DNA of 64,000 nt. It comes from Octopus vulgaris. Its lineage: Eukaryota. Shown here one piece after another: positions 1 through 12,810 of this stretch. Under the pieces are notes generated by a model, which was not told where the DNA came from, ran no database searches, and saw only the letters and a list, made by a program, of their open reading frames with translations. The stretch is from the NCBI GenBank assembly GCA_951406725.2, contig OX597820.1, positions 79,608,001 through 79,672,000 on the forward strand, given 5' to 3'. The first letter of the stretch is position 1, and each line of letters begins with the position of its first letter. A program made the translations under genes and the position numbers.

Positions 1-254
1 ACTGGCAACAAAGGTCTACAACCCCAGAGTGAAGGGCAAAGTGTAGATAGTTTACCCTTGTTTGTCATTGAACTACAGCTATTCTGGAGCAGCACCTCAA
101 ATGGTTTGGTCGAACAAATTGATCTCAGTTCATACTGTCACATCTGCTGCTTATTCTGTTGGTCTCTTATGGGATGTAAACAAACCAATGCCAGTTGTCA
201 AGTGGTGGTGAGTGGGGACAAACACAAGGCCACACACATATTCATTTTATAATC

Positions 255-478
255 ATGTTGCAGTCTGCCAGAATCTATGCACATATTTCCTTTCATGTGG
301 ACATGATCAGAACATCTTGCTTTTGCAGTTTAGATGTCTGAGTGAAGAGAGTTCTTTGTAATTCTTTTCTCTGTCAGGTATAGCTTGCACTTCCTATTGC
401 TTTCAAAGTAAGACTTCCACCACTCCAGAATTCTCCACTTGATGCTGTAATCCATGGTGTTTTCCTTCAGGGACCAAC
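255..478 (-). mobile_element. Decayed Penelope-like element fragment (C-terminal GIY-YIG endonuclease region)
   Basis: Minus-strand translation WSLKENTMDYSIKWRILEWWKSYFESNRKCKLYLTEK resembles the PLE motif 'WxLKxxxxxYxIxWxIL...CxLCLxEK'; stops follow. Confidence 0.6.
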
Positions 479-655
479 ATCCCACCACAGAAAATAGATT
501 TATCAAAAAGTTTTATCCAATTGATGCCCAATCAGAATGCAGATGTAAAAAATGAAATGAAGCAAAATGATTTAAAACAATATACTTACTTATCTCTATA
601 AGAATCAACATTTTGCCTTATGAAAAATAAAATTATATTTTACCTTTATATATAA

Positions 656-952
656 CTAGCAGTATCACCCAGCATTGCTCGGGTTTGTAAGGGAAATAAC
701 TATATAAGCATTTTTAGAGAGTTACTTCCCTTATATAAACCAATCAAAAAATGCGAAAAAATGATGGTAAATTTTTTTATCATCATAGACTCATCGTAGA
801 CACGCACTAATACCCAGAAGGGCTCGTTATGAATCACGACTATAAGATACCCACTTTTAGTTAAACTGTACCGCAAAATGTGGGAGTAGTTAGGAATCTA
901 AATCGGAGGAGACAGACTCTCACACACACAACTTCAGTTTTATATATAAAGA
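656..952 (-). mobile_element. Non-autonomous Helitron
   Basis: On the minus strand it starts A|TCTTTATATATAAAA and ends with hairpin CCCGAGCAATGCTGGG followed by CTAG|T; A/T insertion site, no TSD. Confidence 0.7.
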
Positions 953-1456
953 TTAATTTTTCTCAAGTAATGAACAATTGAAGATTATTTTTTATTTCAA
1001 TTTTGATTTGGGTTTGTTACTTACTCCAAGCCATTTCACATTACATGTTCTGAAGAGTCAAAAGACGAAAGTCTAATAAAATAGAATTTCTGAATTTGTT
1101 CTTCTTTATTTTTCATTTATTCTATTATTGGGTACAGAAATGGCTGTGCGGTTAAGAAGCCTGCTTTGAATTCACATAGTTTTAGGTTCAGTCCCACCTA
1201 AAGAAGTGTCTTCTACTTTAACCTAGTGCCTTGTAAGTGGATTTAATAGATGGGAACTAGGAGAGACCCATTGTATATATGTATACTATATATTTGTGTG
1301 TGTGTGTGTGTGTGTACCTACCTTTGTTTAGACATCACACTATGGTTGTAAATGAGCATCACTGTCATACAAGCGAGGTTGTCATACCCTGGTTACTATA
1401 CATGCGAGGTTGTTTGTTTCTGGTCTTCCGGGAAAAACATATATGTAACCATAAGC

Positions 1457-1672
1457 ACTCACTCCTTCATTTCCTCCCTCCCTCACTCTATCACTCATTC
1501 ATTCACTCCCTCTATCACTCACTCCCTCATTCATTCACTCTATCACTCACTCACTCCCCCTCCCCCTTCCTCACTCCCTCCCTCCTTCATTCACTCACTC
1601 CCTCACTCATTCCTTCACTCCCTTACTCCCTCCCTCACTCAGGCCTTCACTCACTCACTCCTTCACTCACAC
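1457..1672. repeat. Degenerate (CACT/CCCT/CATT)n microsatellite
   Basis: Tetranucleotide low-complexity run; accounts for much of ORFs 1279..1986 and 1352..1747. Confidence 0.9.
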
Positions 1673-2240
1673 AAACCTTTGTTATGCGGCCAAGTTATGA
1701 AATACTTTCCCCATTTTATTTTCCAATTGCAAACTTCCACGGTTTAATAAGACATATTTTGTTAACTGCTTTTATCAGATTACTTGGAGTCAGCTTTCTA
1801 CTCGTGCTGCTTAAATTATTACTATATTTAACTGTTTTAGCTTTTGCTAGACTTACAAAGATATTTTGCCAATGTTATGAAATCGAAATCTTTATTATCT
1901 TTGGCAATTTTGATTGCTTGTGTCTTCATCATTGTTTAAAGTTGTGGTCACAAGATATGATTGAGGCATCACATAGCTACAAGTAGCCCAGACATTTAAA
2001 TTAGAGACATGATGTATTTATTTACATTCTTCCACTTCTCAATATATATCTTTCCTTCTTATCTGGAAACCAATGTTCAATGAAATAAAACTTGGCAAGC
2101 TTCTTCTTGTTCCAATCTAGGAAGAAGTAATAATAATAAAACAAAAACATTTCTAGACAGAAATGTATAGCTTACTGAATTTCTTAAGACTGATTTTAAG
2201 TTTAAGACTTTTATTTTTAGTTCTTGAAATATTTGTTTTT

Positions 2241-2400
2241 GTGGCTGTGTGGTAAGTAGCTTGCTTACGAACCACATGGTTCCAGGTTCAATCCCTCTGC
2301 ATGGCACCTTGGGCAAGTGTCTTCTACTATAGCCTTGTGCCGACCAAAGCCTTGTGAGTGGATTTGGTAGATGGAAACTGAAAGAAGCCCATCATATGTA
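2241..2400 (+). mobile_element. tRNA-derived CORE-like SINE (family A), 5' half
   Basis: GTGGCTGTGTGGTAAG A-box region, GGTTCAATCC B-box, CCTTGGGCAAGTGTCTT core-like segment; roughly 20 related copies in the window on both strands. Confidence 0.85.
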
Positions 2401-2576
2401 TGTATATATGTATGTGTAGATGTTTTTAATTGCAATGCAATTAACTTATTTATTGTATTAAATGGGTGAAGGTAAATAAATATTTTACCATTAATTTATA
2501 ATACAAATAAGGAAATGGAGAAACAATTTAGTTAGTTCATCAGCTTTCGGATATTAGAATGTTGACTTAGATAAGA

Positions 2577-2609
<33 letters not shown>

Positions 2610-2610
<1 letters not shown>

Positions 2611-3350
2611 AGTCAAAATCGAATTGAACCAGCCAGGATCCCTGGTCTGGTGGTACGTAAAAAGCACTATCCGACTCGTGGCCGATGCCAGCGCCGCCTC
2701 CACTGGCTTCTGTGCCGGTGGCACGTAAAATACACCAATCTGACCGTACAACAGGCACCCATGCCAACCCCCTTGCTTGCGAAGACATGTTGGGGCAAGC
2801 GAAATCGAATTGAACCAGCCAGGTTCCCTGGTCTGGTGGTACGTAAAAAGCACTATCCGACTCGTGGCCGATGCCAGCGCCGCCTCCACTGGCTTCCGTG
2901 CCGGTGGCACGTAAAATACACCAATCTGACCGTACAACAGGCACCCATGCCAACCCCCTTGCTTGCGAAGACATGTTGGGGCAAGCGAAATCGAAATCAA
3001 ATTGAACCAGCCAGGATCCCTGGTCTGGTGGTACGTAAAAAGCACCATCCGACTCGTGGCCGATGCCAGCACCGCCTCGTCTGGCTTCCGTGCCGGTGGC
3101 ACATAAAATACACCAATCCGACCGTGGCCGTTGCCAGCCTCGCCTGGCACCTGTGCAGGTGGCACGTAAAAAGCACCCACTACACTCACGGAGTGGTTGG
3201 CGTTAGGAAGGGCATCCAGCTGTAGAAACACTGCCAGATAAGACTGGAGCCTGGTGCAGCCTTCTGGCTTCCCAGATCCCCGGTCGAACCGTCCAACCCA
3301 TGCTAGCATGGAGAACGGACGTTAAACGATGATGATGATGATAATGATGA
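2610..3350 (+). mobile_element. Array-containing retroposon (family C) with a 186-bp tandem duplication and (GAT)n tail
   Basis: Units start at 2619, 2805 and about 2997; repeated GTGCCGGTGGCACGTAAAA motif; 3' palindrome CCATGCTAGCATGG then (GAT)n. Confidence 0.8.
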
Positions 3351-4339
3351 TGATATATATATATATAAGACCCATCAAGCCAAGTAAAACTGCAGTTGTG
3401 GTAGATACTGGTGTCATGCAAATGACACCCATGCCAGTGGCTTGTAAAAGCACCCATTACACTCTTGGAGTGGTTGGCATTACGAAGGGCATCGAGCCAT
3501 AGAAACCACGCCAAATCAGACTGGAGTCTGATACAGCCTTCCAGCTTGCCAGCCCTAGTCAAACCGTTCAACCCATACCAGCATGAATAAAAGACATTAA
3601 ATGATGATGATGATGATAATATATATATATATATATATATATATAAAGAAAGAGAGAGAGGGAGAGAGATGTGTATTTGTGAAATAAATACAAAGACATA
3701 CACACATATATGATAGGCATCTTTCAGTTTCCATCTACCAAATTCACTCATAGCGCATTGGTTGGCCTGGGGCTATAGTAGGAGATACTTGCCCAAGGTG
3801 CCACACAGTAGGACTGAACCTGAAGGTATGTGACTGCAGAGCCACCTTCTGAACCACACAACCATTCCTCTGCCTATGATGTGAATATTTAATTGATTTT
3901 GTATTTTAAATCTGTTGTTGTTTCGCCCCAATTTAGCCATGATTGAGCAGATGTACAATCAAAGGCAATCCATTCATGACCATCCCAGTTTTGTTATAGC
4001 TAGGTATACATAGTTCAATGTGTCCTTTTTAAGACAGCAGATATGAAAGAAATTTGACTGCAATATCTGGCAAGTCATTGAATGACCACTTAGAAGCCCT
4101 TTCCTTGGCTCCCTCCCTTCCAGTTCATCTCATAGAGGTTCACTGATGTCGATTATTGCATGTTATTTTTTCATCTATTTTAGTTCATCTTTTCTATTCT
4201 TTTTCTTTTACTTGCTTCAATCATTAGACTGCAGATCATGCAGGAGCAACACCTTGAAGGATTTTAATTGTATAGATCAAACCAAGTACTTTTTCTATTT
4301 TGTAAACCGTTGCACTTATTCTTATCGGTTTCTCTTGCT

Positions 4340-4665
4340 GAAATGCTAAGTTTATTGTTATTGTTTGTTCCTTCTCGAGCCATGCCTGGCTCATAAGGGC
4401 CAGTTTCCCGATTTCCTTGGCGTATAGGTACCCCACATGGATAGGATGCCGGTCCATCGCAGGTGAGCTGCGAGATGCAGGAGAAAAGAGAGAGAGAAAG
4501 TTGTGGCAAACGAGTCAGCAGAAGTTTGCCATTACCTTCTGCCAGAGCTGCTTGGAGCTTAGGTATTACACTCATAAACACACACATCACCCAGACTGAG
4601 ATTTCAAACCTGCGATCCCTCAACCGTGAGTCTGCTGCTCTAACCACTAGGCCATGTGCCTCCAC
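4340..4665 (-). mobile_element. tRNA-derived SINE (family D)
   Basis: Minus-strand head GGAGGCACATGGCCTAGTGGTTAGAGCAGCAGACTC; related heads at 37205-37410 (-), 51910 (+) and 23050 (+). Confidence 0.75.
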
Positions 4666-5224
4666 GAACTGCTAAATTATGGGACATAAAACACACTGAT
4701 GCTAGTTGTCAGGCAGTATGGGGGACAGACAGACACACACACACACATCAGATAGACTTCCATGCAGTTTTTATTTACCAAATCCACTCATGAGGCTTTG
4801 GTTGGCCCAAAGCTATAATAGAAGACACTTGCCCACAGTGCCAAGCAGTGGGACTGAACCTGGAACCATGTGGTTGGGAAGCAAGCTTCTTAACACACAG
4901 CCACACCTGCACCTATATTTTCATTTTATTGGTCCAACCCACACAAGCTTGAAATACAGGCACGAAATGATGATGATGGTTGCTTAAAATATTTAACACC
5001 TCTCACTTAGGATGTCTTCTTTGTTTTTCAGCAGGAAAGAAAAGAAAATGAAACCGGTTTTTCTTGATTAATTCCAAGACTAATTAAGCTATTTTTATGT
5101 ATGAAAGGACGGTCAAAATGAATTAACAGATGTTATTGCCAGCAACATGGTTCAATTAATTCCAAATATTTCACCGTTAGTGAGACAACAGTGTTAGTAA
5201 TAATAATAATGATAACAATGATAA

Positions 5225-5345
5225 TAATAATTGATCCATCATGCCCATTTGATTCTAGGATTGTTAAGTAAGAAGATGTAAAAAGAAAATACAATCCCTT
5301 AAAATTTGAAATTGCTAGTATTTGGAATATGAAAACTAAAGGTTG
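5225..5345 (+). mobile_element. R4/Dong-like LINE relic (restriction-like endonuclease)
   Basis: IIDPSCPFDSRIVK*EDVKRKYNPLKFEIASIWNMK resembles the RLE 'IIDxxxPxD...KxxKYxxL..EI...W' motif; follows an (AAT)n run. Confidence 0.6.
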
Positions 5346-5419
5346 TGCTGACATAAATTTGACCAAGAATTTGACAAACCTCAGTCAATGAACAACGACA
5401 ACAACAGCATTAATAATAA

Positions 5420-5635
5420 TCCTTTCCACTATAGGCACAAGGCCTGAAAAATTCTACTAAAGGCATAAGGGGAGTAGTTGATTACATCGACCCCACTGAT
5501 ACTTAATTTATCAACCCTGAAAAGATAAAAGGCAAAGTCGACCTCGGTGGAATTTGAACTCAGAAGGTAGTGACAGGTGAAATACTGCTAAGCATTTCAT
5601 CCAGCATGCTAACGATTCTGCTCACTCAACATCTT
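5420..5635 (-). mobile_element. tRNA-derived SINE (family B, Nin/Sauria-like central domain)
   Basis: Reverse complement of GAGTTCAAATTCC..CGAGGTCGACTTTGCCTTT..GATAAATTAAGTA; about 10 copies in the window (e.g. 7563, 16418, 22095, 40675, 42515, 50905, 54135, 54400). Confidence 0.8.
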
Positions 5636-6257
5636 AATAATAATAATAATAATAATAATAGTAGTAGTAGTTTAAAAATTTGGTGCAAAGCCAGTAATTT
5701 TGGAGGTGGGGGATAAATTAATTACACCAACCCCAGTTATCAACTGGTACTAATTGAACCTAAAAGGATGAGAGCAAAGTCAGTCTCAGTGGAATTTGAA
5801 CTCAGAATGTAAAAACGACATGGAAAATAATCAGTGACAAGAGTAAGTACCATATAAAAGTACGATACATTTTGCAAGTGTCACTTGTGCAAGACTCACT
5901 TGCAGCCGTTCAAGAATTTGGACCTGGAGATCTCTATTTCCAGCGACTTCAAGGGCCACTTCCCAGTGGTGTTGAGCGTCAACGAAGAGCCCTCGACTAC
6001 GACAAGACGACCAAAGTTTTTTTTTTTCCAAGGTGTGGGCTCTCCCGCCCCTAAGCCCTAGACCATCACCTAATCACCCTTACCCATCTTGTTGCTTAAC
6101 AACAACAACAAGACTCACTTGCAAGTGTTACTTGTGCAATTCTTAAAATTATTCCATTGTTTTATCTTCAGGAAAAGAATGGTCTTCAGTAAGTTAGATT
6201 AACCAGGACACATATCATTAAGATTTTAGTCTTCTCAGGTGCTCAATGAAGACAATA

Positions 6258-6570
6258 CAGTGGAATCTCAATTTATGAATGCCTTTCATCACAAACAAAT
6301 TGGTTCACAATTTTTCAAACATAAAACATCTTGAGTGGCAAAAAGTCTTTCAAGTAACAAACATGTAAGGTAGCAGCAGCAATGGTTGGTGACAAACTGG
6401 GAGTATCGGTGGGAGGAGAGCATCAGTTGCTGTCCAGCTTCTGCTTGGTGCACATCCGCGCTCGGATCCACTGTGCCTTCTCTTGAATTTCTTATGGGAA
6501 AAATAGTTTGGGTTTACAAACATTTCAGGTAACAAATGGTCTTCAGGATTAACCCATTCATGCTGGTCGT
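6258..6570. mobile_element. Tigger/pogo-like DNA transposon relic
   Basis: TA|CAGTGGAATCTC terminus and degenerate ACGAAC-like subterminal repeats; second TIR not clearly seen. Confidence 0.4.
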
Positions 6571-6699
6571 CCATTTAAACTGACCCTTAATTTATAAGGG
6601 TATAAAACAAATACTTGATACAAATTGTGATTTTTGTATGATCTGTATCAAAGAATAAAACATGTTTTTAACACGTATGCAGTCTGTATCAAACGTGTT

Positions 6700-7020
6700 G
6701 TATTCTCAATCACTTATAGGTCATGAAAACCAGGATAATTGCCTGTCTTATGAGTTCTGGAGCTCATCCCAGATCAAATTCTCTGGCCTTATGTAATGGA
6801 TGTGAGATATTCCAAGACTTGGCACTTATATACATTTTGTGGTTTTAATTGAATGTGGTTTAGCAATGCCAAATGACAAGGACAAGATTGTTTCATTGGT
6901 GTCAACCATTATTTTTATGTTTGTGCAATGGAAAGATACAAAGTTGTTTTGCCTCAGTTAAACAAATTTTCTACCATCTCTGATCATGGAAAAAGTGTAG
7001 ATGTGATGGGACACATCGAA
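6700..7020 (-). mobile_element. Highly decayed Tc1-type transposase (DDE) fragment
   Basis: Minus strand gives IAKPHSIKTTK and ENLIWDEL, reminiscent of 'DNAxPH' and 'PIENLWDEL'. Confidence 0.35.
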
Positions 7021-8699
7021 ATTACTATGCTGGTGGTAGTGATTTAATGTTCCTTTTTTCTATGCTGGCATGGGTTGGATGGTTCAACAGGAGCCAGAGG
7101 ACTGCACCAAGCCCTACAGATCTCCTTTGGCATGCTCTCTACACTTGAATGTCCTTCTCAATGCCAACCACTTTACAAAGTGTACTGGATGATTTTTTCA
7201 TGGCATCAGCATTGGTGAGGTCATCAAGTACCTGCACTCTGGTAACTCAGTGGATGTTTACTGACATTTAGTAGGAATGAAGTGTGGTATTGTCTGTGTA
7301 GGAGCATTAGCAGAAGTGACAACAAGTAGGTTGTTAATATACAGTGAAGAATATGAGAACCAAAGCCAATCTTTTAGGCTCACTGGAGTCGATAGGATGT
7401 GTTTACATCCCTGTAACTTAGAGATTCGGCAAAAGGGACCGATAGAATAAGTACTAGGCTTACAAAGAATAAGTCCAGGGGTCGATTTGCTCCACTAATA
7501 GGCAGTGCTCCAGCATGGCCGCAGTCAAAATGACTGAAACAAGTAAAAGAATGATAGAATCATGGCGGTGAGCTAGCTGAATCGTTAGCTTGCCAAACAA
7601 GATTCTTAGTGCCATTTCATTTGTCTGTATATTCTGAGTTCATATTCATCCGAGGTTGACTTTGCCTTTCATCCTTTCAGGGTAAATAAAATAATTACCA
7701 GTTGAACACTGGGGATGATGTAATCAACTTAACCGCCCCTCAGAAATTGCTGGCCTTGTGACCAAATTTGAAACCATTATTATCATTTAGATGGTGAGCT
7801 GCCAAGTGTTGTGGATCATGCCAGACAAAATATCCCTTCCTCTCAAAGATTGCTGGCCTTAAATCCTGCAACGTACTGGTGTTCTGTTCAGTGGGGTAAT
7901 GTTATGACTTTCGTCCCTTATATGCCATGGAAAGAAAGAAGGGAGCTGGCCCTACGGGTCGTAGGGCTTAGGAAAAAAAAAGTTAATGCATAGAAATAGC
8001 AACAGTAGAAGTTGACAGAATGTTAAGATGAGGCAGTGTGGGGGGACTCAGTGAAATTAATATGTTAATTGAATTGGTAAAATAAAGTAAATTTGTGAGA
8101 CATTTCATCCGCTAGTCTGAACAAAATATCTGCCACCAGCTGGTTAACTTCATGATGCAAAGACGGTCAACGTCTCCACATAGTAAGGGAGGTAAGTCAC
8201 ATATAACATTCATGTTGAGAATCTAGATTAAGATATTTTAAAAATCTAATATAATATCTACTTAAAAAAAACAAAAAAACATAGTGGATCTTTTCTTTTT
8301 AAAGATTTTGTTTGTCTTCAACACTAATTACCAATTCTATTTCATTACAAAAAAAAAAAAAAGAAAAAAAGAAAAGAAAAATGTGTATTGCTGATATTCT
8401 GAAAAATTTTGAATCTCTCCTACTTAATAAATATGTTTTCAAAATTATATTTGATTCTATCGAAATGATAAGGACAAATTTATTCATTAAAAAGAAAAAA
8501 GAGAGTCAGAAGAATAAAATTAATTTAACCAGAAGCCGAATGAAATGTTCTATACTTAATTGCGGTGCCCCAGCATGGCCACAACCTCTAGCTGAAACAG
8601 ATAAAAAGAAGTTCCATTATATCAAATTTATAAATAAATTTAAAAAAGAAAATATTCTTTGAACCCCATGATTGAACGGGAAATAATTTTTAAAAAATG

Positions 8700-11340
8700 A
8701 GAAAATATGGAGAAAAACTAATAATGGGTGTTATTAAAAAAATTTAAATACTTTCATTATTAGACATACGCACTTACGTATACACACGGGGAAATTAAAA
8801 CAAATCTGATAAAATCTCATCTAATATACAAAATAGTCTTGCTATAAAAAGAAACTCAAATGTTGAGGTTTATTGTATTCTCAAGGTCATTTTGTAGCTC
8901 AAAAAGTATTAGTCTTCGAAATTGGGTCGCAGAGATATTTGACTGATCGACCACTATTTTTATCTCTACCACTACAAACCACTCGCAAAGAATGTGAATA
9001 TTGTTCAAAACACCAGCTATACGACTCCAAGTCAAACAAATAATAAATAAACATATATCTATTTAGACATATTTATGACAGAAGACCTCTCCATCAGTCA
9101 AGGTCTGTCTTCGTTTCTGGAGCTTATTTGCATATTCGTTATGACGTAAGAGATATGATGATGTTACTTAGAATACTTTCATGAATGCTTGGTTTTCTTT
9201 CTTTTTTTTTTTGGAAAATTATGGAATTATTTTGATTAAGTAACTCTAATCTCATTAGAATCAAAAGGGAGAGAAAGCAAATGCAATAACTAAAAAAAAT
9301 ATAGAAAAGTAAATAAATAAAAAAAAACTTTATTTCGCTGATTCACTTTTCGGAAAATCAAGGTCGATTCAAATTTCCGTTGAATAAATAATTTTATCTA
9401 TATAAAATTGAAACGAAATTTATTTTAAAATGTAGGAGAAACCTTAATTTATCGTTTTAGTGGCAGTTCTACTAAATTAAATGGTTTAATTCTAAAATAC
9501 TAAAGTAATTTATTTGGTGAAAATTTAAATATAAATTTTCCCAAGATCCCTTGCACAACGGTCAGCTCTATTAATATAAACTTACCATTGTTATATGTAA
9601 AAAATAAAGAGCCAAATGTACGAAACGAAATTTCTTTGTTATAATAAGCATTGTTTGAAAATTATCACTCACTTTTTAAGTAGATGATTTAAGAACATTT
9701 TAATATTCGTTAAATATAATTCATTCAATTTAAATTTACTTATTCTCGGATTAATTAATATTTGATCATTGTTTATTTGTAAAAATATTCATTTTTAGCC
9801 AATATCAAGGGCGAAACGATACTGGCTCTTAAATTTTTTTATTGTTTCGTCAACCCGCTTTTAATTTCTCCGCCCGACTACTTAAGTTCAAAAGGACTTT
9901 TTAATTAACCAAGACTAACTACAAGCTACATAATAAAATAATAACTGTTAGCAAAATACCATTTTTATTTAATACATGCTAAAATATTTTTGCGTGTTAA
10001 TAGAAAAATTTTTTTTATAAGAGAATGTTATGAAGGATAAGAGTTTCTTATATATTATAGTGAATTACAATATATAAAGTTAAAATAATAAAGATAAATT
10101 GCCAACTAGCTACACAGCTACCGCTTATTTTCACTATGTTCGGTAAGTTCCGTAAGCTGCCGCCGATTGATTCCGAGTATGACCAAATATGCTATTTATT
10201 CTATAAATATTAACGAAGAATTACTTTTTTCGATAAATAAATTATATAAATTGGGAAATAAATAATAGAAATTGTATGAATAAAAAAATGTATAACACTT
10301 TTGTTTTGGAAAATTTAGCAGACGTTAAAAAAACACAACAAAAAAATCAAGTAAAAACAAAAACAAAAAAAGCCTAAGAAACGTTTTGAAGTGTTAAGCT
10401 GTAATGTGAGTGACAAAGAGTCCGGCGCAAGTGGAAAGCGCCGGTATATATCATCAGCCTGTTAGGTAAGTTGTTAGCTATTGGTGGTGTAAAAAAAAAG
10501 AGGAAAAAGATAAAGAAGATATCTGAGTTTGTCTATGTGAAAAGCAGTGTGGTTTAGCAGGCGTCAAGAGAGAGAAAAAGGGTGATGAGAATATTTCTGT
10601 CTCCCGCTTCCATTCACAAGTACAAATGTTTATTTATGTTTAACGTGCGTGCATTGCCACATAAATAGAGGCAAAACTGTGACTGTTGACTTTCAGTTTC
10701 CTTACTCTTACCCATTCTGAATGCTGAAGGTGGTAATCAACAACCAAGCGGGGGCCAGAGGGACTTCTGTTTCCCCTTTTTAGTTATATCCTTAAATTAA
10801 TTTTACCTTTAATTACGGCAGAGTGACTCCTTGCCGCACACCCTTTATCCCAACACGTGTCTTTTTCTGAGCATCTTTTGTTAATTAGTGTTCAATAATG
10901 TTAAAGTCTGCCAAAGATTTACTAAAATCTAAACATCTTTAGCGATCAAATTATTAATTAGTGATCAATGGTCAATTTGGAAAACATAGAGGAATAAATA
11001 GACTGTCGCACATTTGCAAGTTGTTTTGATATTATAATAAGCGAGCTGCGACAGTAATTTTATTAGATCTCATGTCTACAAACAGACAAAGGCAATTTTG
11101 ATGTGTTAAGTGGAGAAGAAAGATAATATTTTTATCGCATCTACCAGAACCACACTGGACTTTCCGAAATAGCAGCTGGAGAGAAATTTAACTGAAAAAA
11201 AAAAAAACCGAACGTAAACTTTGAAAGTTGCTATCCTGACCAGGCCGGCTCCGGTAAGTAGGCTTAAGTGCCAAATACTTAATCGGAGAAAGAAAGAGAA
11301 AGAGAGAGATAGAGCCCTTCATTCTATCAATAGAATGTGG
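8700..11340. promoter_or_regulatory. Candidate (bidirectional) promoter / first-exon region
   Basis: About 2.6 kb with no recognisable SINE and with retained CpGs; + strand donor AG|GTAAGT near 10465; minus-strand donor ATG|GTAAGT at 9586/9585; CRE-like TGACGTAA near 9142. Confidence 0.45.
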
Positions 11341-11344
11341 ACGC

Positions 11345-11900
<556 letters not shown>

Positions 11901-12189
11901 CTATACACATGCATCACTTTCACACGCACGCACTCGCGCGCGCACTTGTCCTACTGCTGTGTCCAATATATAAATAAATACATATATATTTATTATTTAT
12001 TCTTCCTGATACAGTTACATCCACAAGATTCAGACCATGGCGTTATTGTACACTATGGAGAATAAATACACACAACAAAGAATACAAGACATCTTATTGT
12101 CTTGCGTTGTTTTTACTCACACACACGCTCTTTCTCTTTTTCTATTTCTTTCTCTTTCACACACACACACATTCTCTCACACACTTTCT

Positions 12190-12231
12190 CTCTCTCTATC
12201 TCACATTCATACGCTTTCTCTCGCACCAAAA

Positions 12232-12295
<64 letters not shown>

Positions 12296-12405
12296 CACAC
12301 ATTGTCCCGCTTTCACACATACATCCACTGCTTCTTTCTTTTTCTCTTTCAGTGTCTTTCTCTCTCTCTCTGTCTCACATTCATACGCTTTCTCTCGCAC
12401 CAAAT

Positions 12406-12447
<42 letters not shown>

Positions 12448-12515
12448 ATCTTATACACATTGTCCCGCTTTCACACATACATCCACTGCTTCTTTCTCTT
12501 TCTCTTTCAGTGTCT
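12190..12515. repeat. Two-copy tandem duplication (about 170 bp) containing (TC)n(TA)n
   Basis: TCACATTCATACGCTTTCTCTCGCACCAAA and CACATTGTCCCGCTTTCACACATACATCCACTGCTTC each occur twice. Confidence 0.85.
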
Positions 12516-12724
12516 TCTCTTTTCTCTCTATTTTCATCTTCATAAATGTATGCGTTCGTGTGTGTATATATACACACTCATACATTTGTATGTACACTTC
12601 CTATTGTCTTCTCTCATGTCTGGTTCTTTTCTCGTTTTCTTTATTTTTTTAAAATCTTCAATCTCTCTTACCGACTTTCTCGAACTAAAAGGGTATTTTC
12701 AATTTAATAGTACATTGCCCATTA

Positions 12725-12810
12725 ACTTCTTCTTTTTCTTCTTCTTCTTCTTCTTCTTCTTCTTCTTCTTCTTCTTCTTCTTCTTCTTCTTCTTTTTCTT
12801 CTTCTTCTTC
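12725..12810. repeat. (TTC)n microsatellite
   Basis: Directly visible. Confidence 0.95.

Noticed and set aside
2567-3309. ORFs with repeated peptide units; CRISPR-like periodicity
   Set aside because: Tandem duplication inside a retroposon; the intervening sequences are not unique spacers, there are no cas genes, and the context is eukaryotic.
6289-6574. Minus-strand ORFs as host exons
   Set aside because: They lie inside a Tigger-like relic, lack convincing splice sites and show no recognisable domain.
10582-10730. C/D box snoRNA (GTGATGA ... CTGA)
   Set aside because: No terminal stem or recognisable rRNA-complementary guide seen.
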